64,000 nt of DNA. Origin: Thermoplasmata archaeon. GTDB lineage: Archaea > Thermoplasmatota > Thermoplasmata > Lutacidiplasmatales > UBA184. The translations under genes and the position numbers were made by a program. The notes under the pieces were generated by a model. The model ran no database searches, was not told the origin of the DNA, and saw only the letters and a program-made list of their open reading frames with translations. The stretch spans positions 12,300-76,299 of the forward strand of contig JAVYSA010000001.1 of assembly GCA_038729445.1 (NCBI GenBank). The letters are read 5' to 3'. Positions 26,580-37,939 of this stretch are shown piece by piece; positions within the stretch are counted from its first letter, which is position 1, and each line of letters begins with the position of its first letter.

Positions 26580-27481
26580 GGATCGCCTACTACCCCGGCT
26601 GCGTCGCGCAGGAGTCCGGGCGGGAGCTCGACCGGGCGACCCGGTGGGTCGCGCGGGCCCTCGGCATCGAGCTGGTCGAGTTCCCGGGCTTCTCCTGCTG
26701 CGGCTCGGGGTTCGTCGACGAGGCGAACCTCGTCCTCAACGTCGCGATCAACGCGCGCAACCTCGGCATCGCCGAGCGCGCGGGCCTCGACGTGCTGACA
26801 ATCTGCTCGACCTGCCAGGGGATGCTCTCCCTGGCCAACCGCAAGCTCGAGGATCCGGCGATCCGGGCCCGCGTCGACCCGGCCCTCGCCAAGATCGGTG
26901 TCCCGTACCGCGGGACGGTCGCGGTCAAGCACCTCCTCGAGGTCCTCACGCGCGACATCGGCCTCGACGCGATCCGGGCCAAGGTCCGGCGTCCGCTCGC
27001 CGGGCTCAAGGTCGGGGCCTTCTACGGGTGCCACCTGCTCCGGCCCGCGTCCGAGGTCGGCTCCGAGAGCGCGGAGGAGCCGCACGCCTTCGAGGATCTC
27101 CTCTCCGCGCTCGGCGCCGACCCGGTCTTCTACCGCGGCCGGGTGATGTGCTGCGGCTTCCCGATCCTCTTCGTGAAGCCGGACACCGCGAACCGGATCG
27201 GCGGGCGCCAGATCGCCGACGCCGCCGACCACGGGGCCCATGCGATGGCGACCCCGTGCCCGCTCTGCCACATCTCGCTGGACTCGTTCCAGAACAAGGC
27301 GGAGGCGGCGATCGGCCGGCGGCTCGGCCTGCCGGTCTTCCATCTCCCCCAGCTGGTCGGCCTCGCGCTCGGGGCGACCCCCGAGGAGCTCGGCCTCGGC
27401 CGCCATCTCGTCCCGGTCGAGCCGGCCCTCGCCCGCATCGGATCGGCCCCCGCGGCGGGCGGACCCACCAAGGGCCCATAG
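26576..27481 (+). CDS. CCG-domain (HdrB-like) SDH anchor subunit, SdhE-type
   Basis: YYPGC, SCCGSG, CSTC, FYGCH, CCG, CPLC; coupled to sdhB by ATGA. Confidence 0.9.
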   Translation: MRIAYYPGCVAQESGRELDRATRWVARALGIELVEFPGFSCCGSGFVDEANLVLNVAINARNLGIAERAGLDVLTICSTCQGMLSLANRKLEDPAIRARVDPALAKIGVPYRGTVAVKHLLEVLTRDIGLDAIRAKVRRPLAGLKVGAFYGCHLLRPASEVGSESAEEPHAFEDLLSALGADPVFYRGRVMCCGFPILFVKPDTANRIGGRQIADAADHGAHAMATPCPLCHISLDSFQNKAEAAIGRRLGLPVFHLPQLVGLALGATPEELGLGRHLVPVEPALARIGSAPAAGGPTKGP

Positions 27482-27508
27482 ACGGGTCCCCTGCTCCCCG
27501 CCGGGGGC

Positions 27509-28194
27509 GTGGCCGGAGCCGGCGAGGCCCCCGCGCCCTCCCTTGGCTGCCGGCGCGGGCCGTTCCGCGAGCCGCCCGGGGAGGACTTCGGCCGGATCCT
27601 CTCCCGGAGCGACGGGATCTTCGCCTTCGCGCTCACGCTCCTGGTCGTCAACCTCACGGGGCTCGGCTTCCTCCGCTGCGAGACCGCCGCGAGCCCCCCC
27701 CGGCTGGACCGAGGACTGCCTCGTCTCGAACCTCTGGGCCACCCCCCCTGGCACGCTTCGGCTACGCGATCGTCTGCTTCGGGATCGCCCTCTGCTGGGC
27801 GAGCCACCACCGCCTGTTCCGCTCCATCGAACGGTACGACGGCGTGGTCCTCTGGACGAACATCCTCGTCCTCATCGCCGTGCCGCCGTTCGTGCTCGAG
27901 GTCTACAACCGCTTCCGCGCGACCCCGGCCGGGGAGACGCTCTTCGCCGTGACCCGCGCTCCGATCGGTCTGCTCCTCGCCGCGATGTGGATCCGGGGGA
28001 CCGGACCGGCGGGCCCGGTCGACCCGGCCCTGCCGATGGCGACCCGACGCTGCCTCCGGGCCCGCGGGCTCGCGTTCCCGCGGATCTTCCTGGCCTCGAT
28101 CCCGGCGGTTTGGGTCCTGCCGGGCTACGGGGCGTGCATCGGGCTCGGGATCGTCCCCGCACGCATGGGGATGCGCCGCTACGGCGCTGCGTGA
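27509..28194 (+). pseudogene. Frameshifted TMEM175/DUF1211-family potassium channel
   Basis: One frame gives RILSRSDGIFAFALTLLVVNL (family motif RxxxFSDxVFAIAxTLLV). A different frame continues with YAIVCFGIALCWASHHRLFRSIERYD...LWTNIL...PF. The junction lies within about 27660-27760, which includes a C7 run at 27742-27748. Confidence 0.7.
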
Positions 28195-28421
28195 GCGTCG
28201 CCGCCCGGTCCGACGACAAACCGGTGGAGCCGGTCGCACGTCTGCCGGAAGTACGCGGCCCCCTGCGGCGCGTACTCGGTGCGGAGCCGCTCCTCGATCC
28301 CTGCCTCGTCGAGGGTCCGGTCGAACGACGGGGTGAACATGCAGGCGAAGACGACGAACCGCCGGTCCTCGATCTCGAACCGGTCGGTCTCCGCGGCGCC
28401 GCAGAACGGGCAGGTCACCAT
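28179..28421 (-). CDS. Small putative Zn-binding protein (80 aa)
   Basis: MVTCPFCG...FACMF...TCDRLH; co-oriented with and directly downstream of the mutSL-nuclease cluster. Confidence 0.65.
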   Translation of the reverse strand: MVTCPFCGAAETDRFEIEDRRFVVFACMFTPSFDRTLDEAGIEERLRTEYAPQGAAYFRQTCDRLHRFVVGPGGDAHAAP

Positions 28422-28452
28422 CCCGCTTCCGATCCCCCCGGGGAGCATAGGC

Positions 28453-29003
28453 TTAGCGCGTCGGCGGCCCCCCGTCCAGCTCCTCGAGGCTCCACTCCCG
28501 GTACCGTCGCCCGCCCGAGAGGCGGCCGATCGTCCGGTGGAGGCCCGACCAGACCGTCCCCGACGGGATCGTCCCCGCGTCGAGCGCATCGAGCCACCGG
28601 ACCAGGACCTCCCGCTCGGCACCGCCGCCCTCCTGGGCGGAGGGGACGGGCCGGGCCTCCCGGAGGACCTCGACGCCCTCCGGCCGCACGTGCCAGACGC
28701 CGACGAACGCGGCCCGGTGGGGACCCGTCGCGGCCGCGAGGCGCGCCGCGGCGCCGCGGCGCGCGAGGGCGACCGCCACCCAGCTCGCCCAGCGCCGCCG
28801 CCGCAGCGCCTGGCCGAGGGCCTCCGTCGCCGCCGCGCGCTTGAGCTCGATGACACCGATCTCCGATCCCCGCCGGGCGACCAGGTCGAAGTAGTCGGTC
28901 CCGTCCGGGTCCGCGTGGACCCGGTACCCCCGGGCCTCCAGCCAGGCCCGGACCGGGACCCGCATCGCCGCCTCGGAGGGGAACGGCTCGCCCGGGGCAG
29001 CCG

Positions 29004-29007
<4 letters not shown>
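28453..29007 (-). CDS. PD-(D/E)xK restriction-endonuclease-fold protein (184 aa)
   Basis: SEAAM (E helix), WLEARGYRV, FDLVA, VIELK, ALGQA; the GTG start overlaps the mutL TGA. Confidence 0.78.
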
Positions 29008-30808
<1,801 letters not shown>

Positions 30809-30812
<4 letters not shown>

Positions 30813-33418
30813 CGGTCCCCCTCCGCCGGGGGCGATCCGGCGAGCCGCGCCTTGAGCTCCGCGAGGCGCCGCAGCGCCTCGACCGGCGTGATCCGCTCGA
30901 CGTCGATCGACCGGATCTCCTCCTCGACCGGCGACGGGGGCGCGGCTTGGGCCACGAGGATCGCCTGCGCGTAGCGGGGACCGCCCCCGGCGGCGGCCCG
31001 CCGGTCCGCGAGCGCGAGGCCTTCCGCCTCGAGCCGCCGCAGCAACCGCTGGGCCTCCTCGAGGACCGGGGCCGGCAGCCCGGCGAGCCGCGCGACGTGG
31101 ACCCCATAGCTGCGGTCGGTCGCCCCGGGGACCAGGCGGTGGAGGAAGACGATCCCGTCCGGGTGCTCCCGGACGGCGAGGTGCGCGAGCCGGGCCGAGG
31201 GGAGGCGCTCGACCAGCTCGGTGAGGTGGTGGTAGTGCGTCGCCAGGATGGTGCGCGCGCGGACGGTGTCGTGGAGGTGCCGCAGGACCGCCCATGCGAT
31301 CGCGACGCCGTCGAACGTGCTCGTGCCCCGGCCGACCTCGTCGAGCAGCACGAGCGAGCGGGGGGTCGCCTCCCGAAGGATCTCGGCGACCTCCGCCATC
31401 TCGACCATGAAGCTCGACTTGCCGCGGCCGATCTCGTCGGTGAAGCCCATCCGCGTGTAGAGGCCGTCGACCCGGCCGATCCGGGCAAACCGGGCCGGCA
31501 CGAACGCCCCGCTCTGCGCAAGGACCACCAGGAGGCCGACCTGGCGCATGTAGGTCGACTTGCCGGACATGTTCGGCCCGGTCAGGACGAGGAGGCGGGA
31601 CCCCTCCCCCTCCAGGTCGACGTCGTTCGGGACGAACCGCTCGGCGAGGAGGCGGTCGAGGATCGGGTGGCGGCCCTCGCGGATCCTGAGCTCGGTCGAC
31701 TCGTCGACCTCGGGCCGGACGCAGCGCCCGTGGACGGCCCGGGTCGCGAACGACTGCAGGGCATCGAGCGAGCCCAGCGCCCGGCCGATGCGGTGGAGCG
31801 CCGGAGCCGCGCGGTCGACCTCCTCGAGGAGGCGATCCCATGCCCGGAGCTCCTCCTCCCGGACCCGGGCCCGGGCGGCCAAGACCCGCGCGGAGCAGGC
31901 CTCGAGGCGGTCGGTGGTGTACCGTTCCGCCTGGGCGACGGTCTGGCGCCGGCGGTAGTGGGAAGGGACCTTCCCGGTGTGGGCCCGCCCGACCTCGAGG
32001 TAGTAGCCGAAGATCTGGTTGTAGCGGACGTGCAGCGTGCGGATTCCGGTCGCCTCCCTCTCCTCGCGCTCGAGGGCCTCGATCTCCCGGACCGCCGCGT
32101 CCTCCTCTGCGCGGGCCCGGTCGACCTCCTCCGCGTGACCGGGGCGGAGGAAGCCGCCCGCCTCGAGGGTCGGGGGGATCTCCGCGGGGAGCGACGCCTC
32201 GAGCGTGGCCAACAGCTCTCCGGGCGGAACGAGGTCCCGGACGAGGCGCTCGACGAGCTCCGATCCCAGCCCGGATCCCAGGGCGGACCGCAGCGGACCG
32301 AGCCGTCGCAGGCCGTCGCGCAGCGCCCCGAGGTCGGGGGGCCGGACCCTCCGCCCGACGACGCGGGAGGCGATCCGGCCGATGTCCGGTGCGTGGGAGA
32401 GGTGCTCCCGGACGGCGGCGAGGGCCGCGGGCGCCCCGACCAGGGCCGCGACCGCGTCCTGGCGGTCCCGGATCGGCCCGACATCAGCGAGTGGGTGGGT
32501 CAGCCAGAAGGAGAGGGTCCTCCGCCCCGCGGCGGTCCGCGTCTCGTCCCAGCTGCCGACGAGCGTCGAGCCCGAGGGATCGTCCGGGTTCATCGGACGG
32601 CTGATCTCGAGGTGGCGCAGGGTCTTGGCGTCGAGGCGCAGCGTCCGCGGGGGAGCCCCCCGGCCGGCCGGACCCAACAGGGGAAGGAGCCGGGGCTGCG
32701 TCGCGGCGAGATAGGCGGCCAGGGAGCGGTCGGCGAGCGCGACGGCCGGGGATTCCGGCGGGGCGGCCCCGGCCGAGGGGGATGCCTCCTCCGCGAGGGG
32801 GGGCGGGGAGGCCTCCACGGCGGCGGAGGGGAACTCGCGCCGGAGGACTGCGCCCAGCGGGCCCTCCGCCTCGGCCGCGGGAGCGACGAGGATCTCCCGA
32901 GGGAAGTACGGGGCCAGGGCCGCCGCGACCGACTCCGGGCGGGGCTCGTCCGAGAGCCCGTGGTACCACTCGCCGGTCGAGACGTCGACGGCGGCCCACG
33001 CCCCGGCCCCCTCCGCGACGACCGCCGCCGCGAGGAAGTTGTGGTCGGGTCCTCCCAGGATGCCGTCCTCGACGGCGGTGCCCGGCGTGACGACGCGGGT
33101 CACCTCCCGTCGGAAGAGGCCCTTGCCGTCCGCCGGCTCCTCGACCTGGTCGCACAGGGCGACGCGGTGGCCCTTGCGGACGAGCCGGGCGAGGTACGAC
33201 TCGACCGCGTGGTGCGGCACGCCCGCCATCGGCGTCCGCTGGCCGTGTGCGTCCGGCGCGCGGGCGGTCAGCTGGACGTCGAGCTCGCGGGCGAGCAGCT
33301 TCGCATCCTCCCCGAACGTCTCGTAGAAGTCCCCGACCCGGAACAGGACGAGGTGCCCGGGGTAGCGCGCGCGGACCCGCTCGTACTGCTCGAGGAGCGG
33401 GGTCAGGGAGGCGCCCAT
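30809..33418 (-). CDS. mutS: DNA mismatch repair protein MutS (MutS1)
   Basis: FRVGDFYETF, MAGVPHH, TPGT, GRHP, TGPNMSGKST, SSFMVEM, LLDEVGRGTS, ATHYH, SYGVHVARLAG. Confidence 0.97.
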
Positions 33419-33440
33419 CGGCCCGGCAGTCGGCGAGGCC

Positions 33441-33448
33441 CATATAAT
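33441..33448 (-). promoter_or_regulatory. Putative TATA box for a leaderless mutS operon transcript
   Basis: ATTATATG on the minus strand, an isolated AT island about 23 nt upstream of the mutS ATG. Confidence 0.55.
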
Positions 33449-33468
33449 CCCGAGCGCGCCCGCCGCGG

Positions 33469-33552
33469 CGCTGAGGGGGAGATTTGAACTCCCGCGGCGT
33501 CGCCGCCACCAGCTTTCAAGGCTGGCGCCTTTCCGGGCTAGGCTACCTCAGC
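33469..33552 (-). tRNA. tRNA-Ser(UGA)
   Basis: GCTGAGG acceptor; CCAGC CT TGA AA GCTGG anticodon arm; long variable arm GGCG-GCGA-CGCC; GGGAG TTCAAAT CTCCC; G73. No intron. Confidence 0.95.
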
Positions 33553-33609
33553 GCGCCCCGGCGGAAGCCGGGGCGGCTACAAGAAGGCCACCCGCGGGGG
33601 CCGGCCGAG

Positions 33610-33707
33610 TGCAGGTGCCGGGAGTTCCGCGCCGGGAACGGCCCCGGCGATTCGAACCCGGGCGGTCAGCTTGGAGGGCTGACATCCTACCGCTAGATTA
33701 CACCTGC
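33610..33707 (-). tRNA. tRNA-Gly(UCC) with a 27-nt intron at 59/60 (33624-33650)
   Basis: GCAGGTG/CACCTGC acceptor; TCAGC CC TCC AA GCTGA anticodon arm; CCGGG TTCGAA[intron]T CCCGG; strict BHB motif. Confidence 0.9.
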
Positions 33708-33744
33708 GCGGACCGGCCGGCACGCGGAGAGACGGGGGGACTAC

Positions 33745-34314
33745 CTAACCTTTCCCGCCGCCCGTGGCGGGGGCCAGGTCGACGAGCGCAACGCGCTCGA
33801 GGACCAGCGCCTCCCATGCGGAGCGCGGCACGATCTCCCGCTCGGCGGCGGAGATGCCGAGGCGCTCGAGCGTCGCCTCGGTCGGCGGCCGGGGGTAGGC
33901 GGTCGGATCGGGCCGGAGGCCGAACGCCTCCCGGACCTCGGCGAGCGAGCGCGGACGCTCGACCAGGAGCACGAACTGGGTCGTCCCCTCGTGGACGCCG
34001 ACCTTCGCCAGGGCCCGCCCCAGCTGGTCGTCGCCGGCGACGTAGAGGGCGAGCTCCGCTCCCCGGTCGCGCAGCCGTTGCGCGCCCTCGCGCCGGCTCC
34101 GCCCCAGGTGCGCCCACGCCGAGAGGAGATGGCGCTCCCCCGCGATCGCCTCCGCGTCGAACAGCGCGACGAGCGGACCGTCCGGATCGGCGAGACGCCG
34201 GATCGCGGAGACGAGCTCGGCCGAGGTCGGCCGGCCGGGGACGGCGCGGCATGCGCCCTCCGCCTGCAGAGACCGGACGGGGGAAACCCCCGCCGGAGGG
34301 GAGGTCTCCGTCAT
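33745..34314 (-). CDS. cgi121: KEOPS complex subunit Cgi121
   Basis: LFDAEAIAGERHLLSA...ELALYVAGDDQLGRALAKVG...LVLERVAL. Confidence 0.8.
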   Translation of the reverse strand: MTETSPPAGVSPVRSLQAEGACRAVPGRPTSAELVSAIRRLADPDGPLVALFDAEAIAGERHLLSAWAHLGRSRREGAQRLRDRGAELALYVAGDDQLGRALAKVGVHEGTTQFVLLVERPRSLAEVREAFGLRPDPTAYPRPPTEATLERLGISAAEREIVPRSAWEALVLERVALVDLAPATGGGKG

Positions 34315-34922
34315 TGGCGCATGAACCGGAGGAACTCCTCCTTCGTCCGCGGCGCGAGGGTATAGTTCTCCTCCCGCTCGCGTCCGATGGTCGAGGTCGG
34401 CGTGACCCCGTAGTCGTGGCCGGGGAGGACCACCAGCGCCGGGTCTAGCCGGGCGACGATCCCGTGGAGGGTCTCGTACATCGCCTCCGGATCCCCTCCG
34501 GGGAGGTCGGTCCGCCCGCACTCCCCCACGAACAGCGTGTCCCCCGTGGCGACGTGGCCCTCGAACCGGTAGAAGACCGAATCCGGCGTGTGCCCGGGGG
34601 TGTGGAGGACCTCGATGCGGAGGCGGCCGGCCTCGAGCGTGGCCCCGTCGTCCACCGGAAGGTCCGGATGGCGGGGGCTCGCCCGGTGGGCGACCACCCT
34701 GGCCCCGGTCCGGGCGACGACGTCGGCATTCCCCGCCACATGGTCCGGGTGGTGGTGGGTGTTCAGCACGTACGCCACCCGGATCCCTCGCCGGTCGATC
34801 GCCTCGATCACCTCCTCGGGGCCGAAGGACGGGTCGATCACGACCCCGTAGCCTCCCTCGCCTTCCGCCACGAGGTAGGTGAAGTTCTGGTACGGGCCGA
34901 CGTGGAACTGCTCGAGGAGCAC
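34311..34922 (-). CDS. MBL-fold metallo-hydrolase (glyoxalase II-like)
   Basis: NFTYLV, VIDP, THHHPDHVAG, HTPGHT, TGDTLF, GRTD, PGHDY. Confidence 0.9.
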   Translation of the reverse strand: MLLEQFHVGPYQNFTYLVAEGEGGYGVVIDPSFGPEEVIEAIDRRGIRVAYVLNTHHHPDHVAGNADVVARTGARVVAHRASPRHPDLPVDDGATLEAGRLRIEVLHTPGHTPDSVFYRFEGHVATGDTLFVGECGRTDLPGGDPEAMYETLHGIVARLDPALVVLPGHDYGVTPTSTIGREREENYTLAPRTKEEFLRFMRQ

Positions 34923-35043
34923 GGGGCGAACAGCGGACTCGGGTATTTGACCGTCGGGAGGGGATCGGGCCCTCCCCTCCGGTGCTCGCCGGCGGTGCGC
35001 CGCTCCTTTTAAGCCCGGGAGGGTCGCGAGTCCGGAGGGTTCC

Positions 35044-36054
35044 ATGGCGGACGACGCCGCGGTCGCGGTCGATCGGCTGACGAAGGTTTACGAGGGAGGC
35101 GTCCGTGCCCTCGACGGGATCTCGTTCGAGGTCCGTCCGGGAGAGGCGTTCGGGCTCCTCGGCCCGAACGGCGCCGGCAAGACGACGACCGTGTCGATCC
35201 TGACCACGCTCGTCCAGCCGACCGGAGGCACGGCCCAGGTCGACGGGATCGACGTGACCGAGCGGCCGGAGGAGGTCCGCCGGCGGATCGGCCTCGCCTT
35301 CCAGGTCTCGACCGCCGACGGCGAGTTGACCGGCCGGGAGAACCTCGAGGTCGCCGCGGGCCTCGAGGGGATGCCACGGGCGCTGGCCCGGCGCCGGATC
35401 GACGAGCTGCTCGAGCGGATGCAGCTCGCCGCGGCGGCCGACCGGCCGGCGAAGACCTACTCCGGGGGGATGCGCCGCCGGCTGGAGCTCGCCGTCGGGG
35501 TCGTCCATGCCCCGAAGATCCTCTTCCTCGACGAGCCGACCCTGGGGCTCGATCCGCAAAGCCGGGCCGGATTCTGGGAGTTCATCCGCCGCCTGCGCGA
35601 GGAGACCGGGCTCACGCTCGTGCTGTGCACCCACTACCTCGAGGAGGCCGACCAGCTCTGCGAGCGGATCGCGATCGTCGACCACGGCCGGATCGCGGCG
35701 ATCGGCACCCCGGCGGAGCTCAAGGACCGCATCGGCGGGGACACGGTCGCGGTCCGGCCGACCGCCGCCGCCGACCTGGAACCGATCCTCCGCGGGATTC
35801 CGGGCGTGCTGGGGGTCGCCGCGCACGACGGGTCCTGGCGCGTCAAGTGCTCCCGCGGGGAGTCGCTGGTGCCCGCGATCGTGACGGCCTGCGATCGGGC
35901 CGGCGTCGCGCTGGCGAGCGTCGAGATCCGCAAGCCGAGCCTCGAGGAGGTCTTCCTCGAGCTCACCGGACGAGAGTACCGGGAGGAGGAGGGGAGCGCG
36001 GGCTCGTTCTTCGCGGAGCGGTTCCAGCAGATGCGCCAGGCGGGGAGGCGCTGA
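35044..36054 (+). CDS. ABC transporter ATP-binding protein (DrrA/NodI-like)
   Basis: GPNGAGKTT, YSGGMRRRL, LFLDEPT, THYLEEA, PSLEEVFL. Confidence 0.93.
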   Translation: MADDAAVAVDRLTKVYEGGVRALDGISFEVRPGEAFGLLGPNGAGKTTTVSILTTLVQPTGGTAQVDGIDVTERPEEVRRRIGLAFQVSTADGELTGRENLEVAAGLEGMPRALARRRIDELLERMQLAAAADRPAKTYSGGMRRRLELAVGVVHAPKILFLDEPTLGLDPQSRAGFWEFIRRLREETGLTLVLCTHYLEEADQLCERIAIVDHGRIAAIGTPAELKDRIGGDTVAVRPTAAADLEPILRGIPGVLGVAAHDGSWRVKCSRGESLVPAIVTACDRAGVALASVEIRKPSLEEVFLELTGREYREEEGSAGSFFAERFQQMRQAGRR

Positions 36055-36878
36055 TGCTGCAGGAGCTCTACGCCCTCCTCCGCCGGGAGTTCCTGCGGTG
36101 GGTCCGCAGCCCGATCTGGATCTTCACGAGCCTCCTCCTGCCGATCCTCTACCTGATCCTCTTCGGCCAAGGGTTCGGCCAGGGGCTCAACCAGTGCCCC
36201 CCGCCGCTCGGCCTCTCCTGCTTCCTGGGCGCGCCGAACTACTTCTCGTTCTTCTCGGTCGGGATGGTCGGCTTCGTCGCCCTCACCATGTCCCTGTTCA
36301 GCGGGGCGAACATCATCTTCGACAAGGGGGCGGGCATCATCAAGCGCCAGGTCGCGACGCCGGCGCCGCGCTCGGCCCTGTTCCTCTCCCCGCTCCTCTT
36401 CCGCTCGCTCATGGGGCTCGTCCCCGCCTTCCTCGTCCTCGGGCTCGCGGTCGTCCTCGCCCACGTGCCGGGGTTCGTCGGGCTCACCATCAGCCACAAC
36501 CCCGGTGTGGTCGGCGCCCTCGAGATCGTCGCCGCGGTCGTCGTCCTGTCGCTGATGTTCAACGCCCTCTTCCTCGCCTTCGGCTTCGCGCTCGAGAGCC
36601 CGAACTCCTACTTCGGCATCGTCAACATGCTCAACCTGCCGATCCTCTTCCTTTCCAACGCCCTCTACCCGCCGCTCGACGAGCCGGGCTGGCTCCTCTC
36701 GATCTCCACGTACAATCCGGTCTCCCTGTGCATCAACGTGATGCGCATCAACCTCTTCGGCTCGGGCGCCTACTACGCGGAGCCCGCGGCGGTCTACCTC
36801 GCCGGCCTGCTCGCATGGGCGGCTCTCTTCCTGGTCGCCGCCGTCGCCGTGGGGCGCCGGGCGATGCGGACCCCGTAG
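36054..36878 (+). CDS. ABC-2 type permease
   Basis: Six TM segments, LFLSNALYP, NPVS; coupled to the ATPase gene. Confidence 0.9.
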   Translation: MLQELYALLRREFLRWVRSPIWIFTSLLLPILYLILFGQGFGQGLNQCPPPLGLSCFLGAPNYFSFFSVGMVGFVALTMSLFSGANIIFDKGAGIIKRQVATPAPRSALFLSPLLFRSLMGLVPAFLVLGLAVVLAHVPGFVGLTISHNPGVVGALEIVAAVVVLSLMFNALFLAFGFALESPNSYFGIVNMLNLPILFLSNALYPPLDEPGWLLSISTYNPVSLCINVMRINLFGSGAYYAEPAAVYLAGLLAWAALFLVAAVAVGRRAMRTP

Positions 36879-36891
36879 GGGCGGCCGCCCG

Positions 36892-37797
36892 CTAGGGGCC
36901 GAACTCGGGCGCCCGATCCCGGTCGGAGGCGGCTCCCGTCGCCGCGTTCACCAGGATCCGGCCCCGGGGGCCCTCGCAGTACCACAGCGGCAGGTGGACC
37001 AGGGCGAACGCCCCGAGCCGGACGTCGTCCGGTCCGGGGGAGACCCGCCGGGTCTCCACGACCACCGTCCCCCCGAGCTGCTCCGTGTGGTCGACCCGGA
37101 CCGTGTGGCGGGAGCGGATCCATTCGAGCGCGAGGGCACCGGCGTCGGCCGGACCGATCACCGGAGGGATGCGCTCCGCCCCCTCCGGGAGGTTTGGGGA
37201 GAGCTCGTACGCCGCGCCTTCCCAGGCCTCGACCCGGGAGTCGAGGCCATGGACGGCGAGCAGGTGCTCCTCGACCTCGCCGGGGCCCCCGTGGGGCGCC
37301 GGAATGCGGACGCGGTACGGGGCGACGAAGTAGGGGATGGCGCGCAGCGTCCGCCGGAGCGTGCGGTCCGGGACGATCCGATCGAGGTCGTCGCGGGTCA
37401 GCCGCGGCACCACGTATCGGTCCCCCTGCGGGACGACGACCAGAGGGGGCTCCAGCGGGAGCTCCCCCCCGACCGGCGACGGGGGATCGCCCCCGAGGAG
37501 GAGCTCCCCCAACGCGGGGCCGAGCGTCGTGGGGTCGAGGATCTCGATCGCCCGCTCGGAGGCGAGCGACCGCGCGACCGGCCCGGGGTCCGACGGGTAC
37601 ACCGCGATCCGATGGACGGCCTCGGGGGGGAACGCCGGCTCGAGGTCGTGGGGGGTGCGGACCTCCCGGAGGAGGATCAGGGCCCGCCGGTCCTTTGGGC
37701 GCCAGGCCACGATCCCTTCCGGCCGGTCGGCGACCTGGTAGTCGGCCCCCTCGAGGATCCGGCCCAGTCGGCGCCACCGGTCGCCGTCCGTCGCCAC
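36892..37797 (-). CDS. Hypothetical protein
   Basis: 301-aa ORF filling the gap divergent from cdc48; protein-like composition (IPYFVAPY, HLPLWYCEG, VNAATG); no recognised family. Confidence 0.7.
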   Translation of the reverse strand: MATDGDRWRRLGRILEGADYQVADRPEGIVAWRPKDRRALILLREVRTPHDLEPAFPPEAVHRIAVYPSDPGPVARSLASERAIEILDPTTLGPALGELLLGGDPPSPVGGELPLEPPLVVVPQGDRYVVPRLTRDDLDRIVPDRTLRRTLRAIPYFVAPYRVRIPAPHGGPGEVEEHLLAVHGLDSRVEAWEGAAYELSPNLPEGAERIPPVIGPADAGALALEWIRSRHTVRVDHTEQLGGTVVVETRRVSPGPDDVRLGAFALVHLPLWYCEGPRGRILVNAATGAASDRDRAPEFGP

Positions 37798-37906
37798 GCC
37801 GGGGGGAGCCCCCTCGCGGTTATCTCGATGGCGTGCGGGTGGCCCACCGGGCTCCCGGGAGCGGGCTGGCCCCTCCGGGCGGGAGCGCCTCCCCCCGAAG
37901 ACAGTC

Positions 37907-37913
37907 TATATAT
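37907..37913 (+). promoter_or_regulatory. Putative TATA box of cdc48
   Basis: TATATAT 26 nt upstream of the ATG at 37940, in GC-rich context. Confidence 0.55.
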
Positions 37914-37939
37914 CGCGACCCGTCCGTTCATCGTTCCGG

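Noticed and set aside
26576..27481. Heterodisulfide reductase as evidence of methanogenesis
   Set aside because: The CCG gene is coupled to sdhAB and is better explained as an SDH subunit; no methanogenesis genes are present.
33469..33745. tRNA pair as a possible integration site for a mobile element
   Set aside because: No integrase, no duplicated tRNA 3' end was seen, and the flanks are housekeeping genes.
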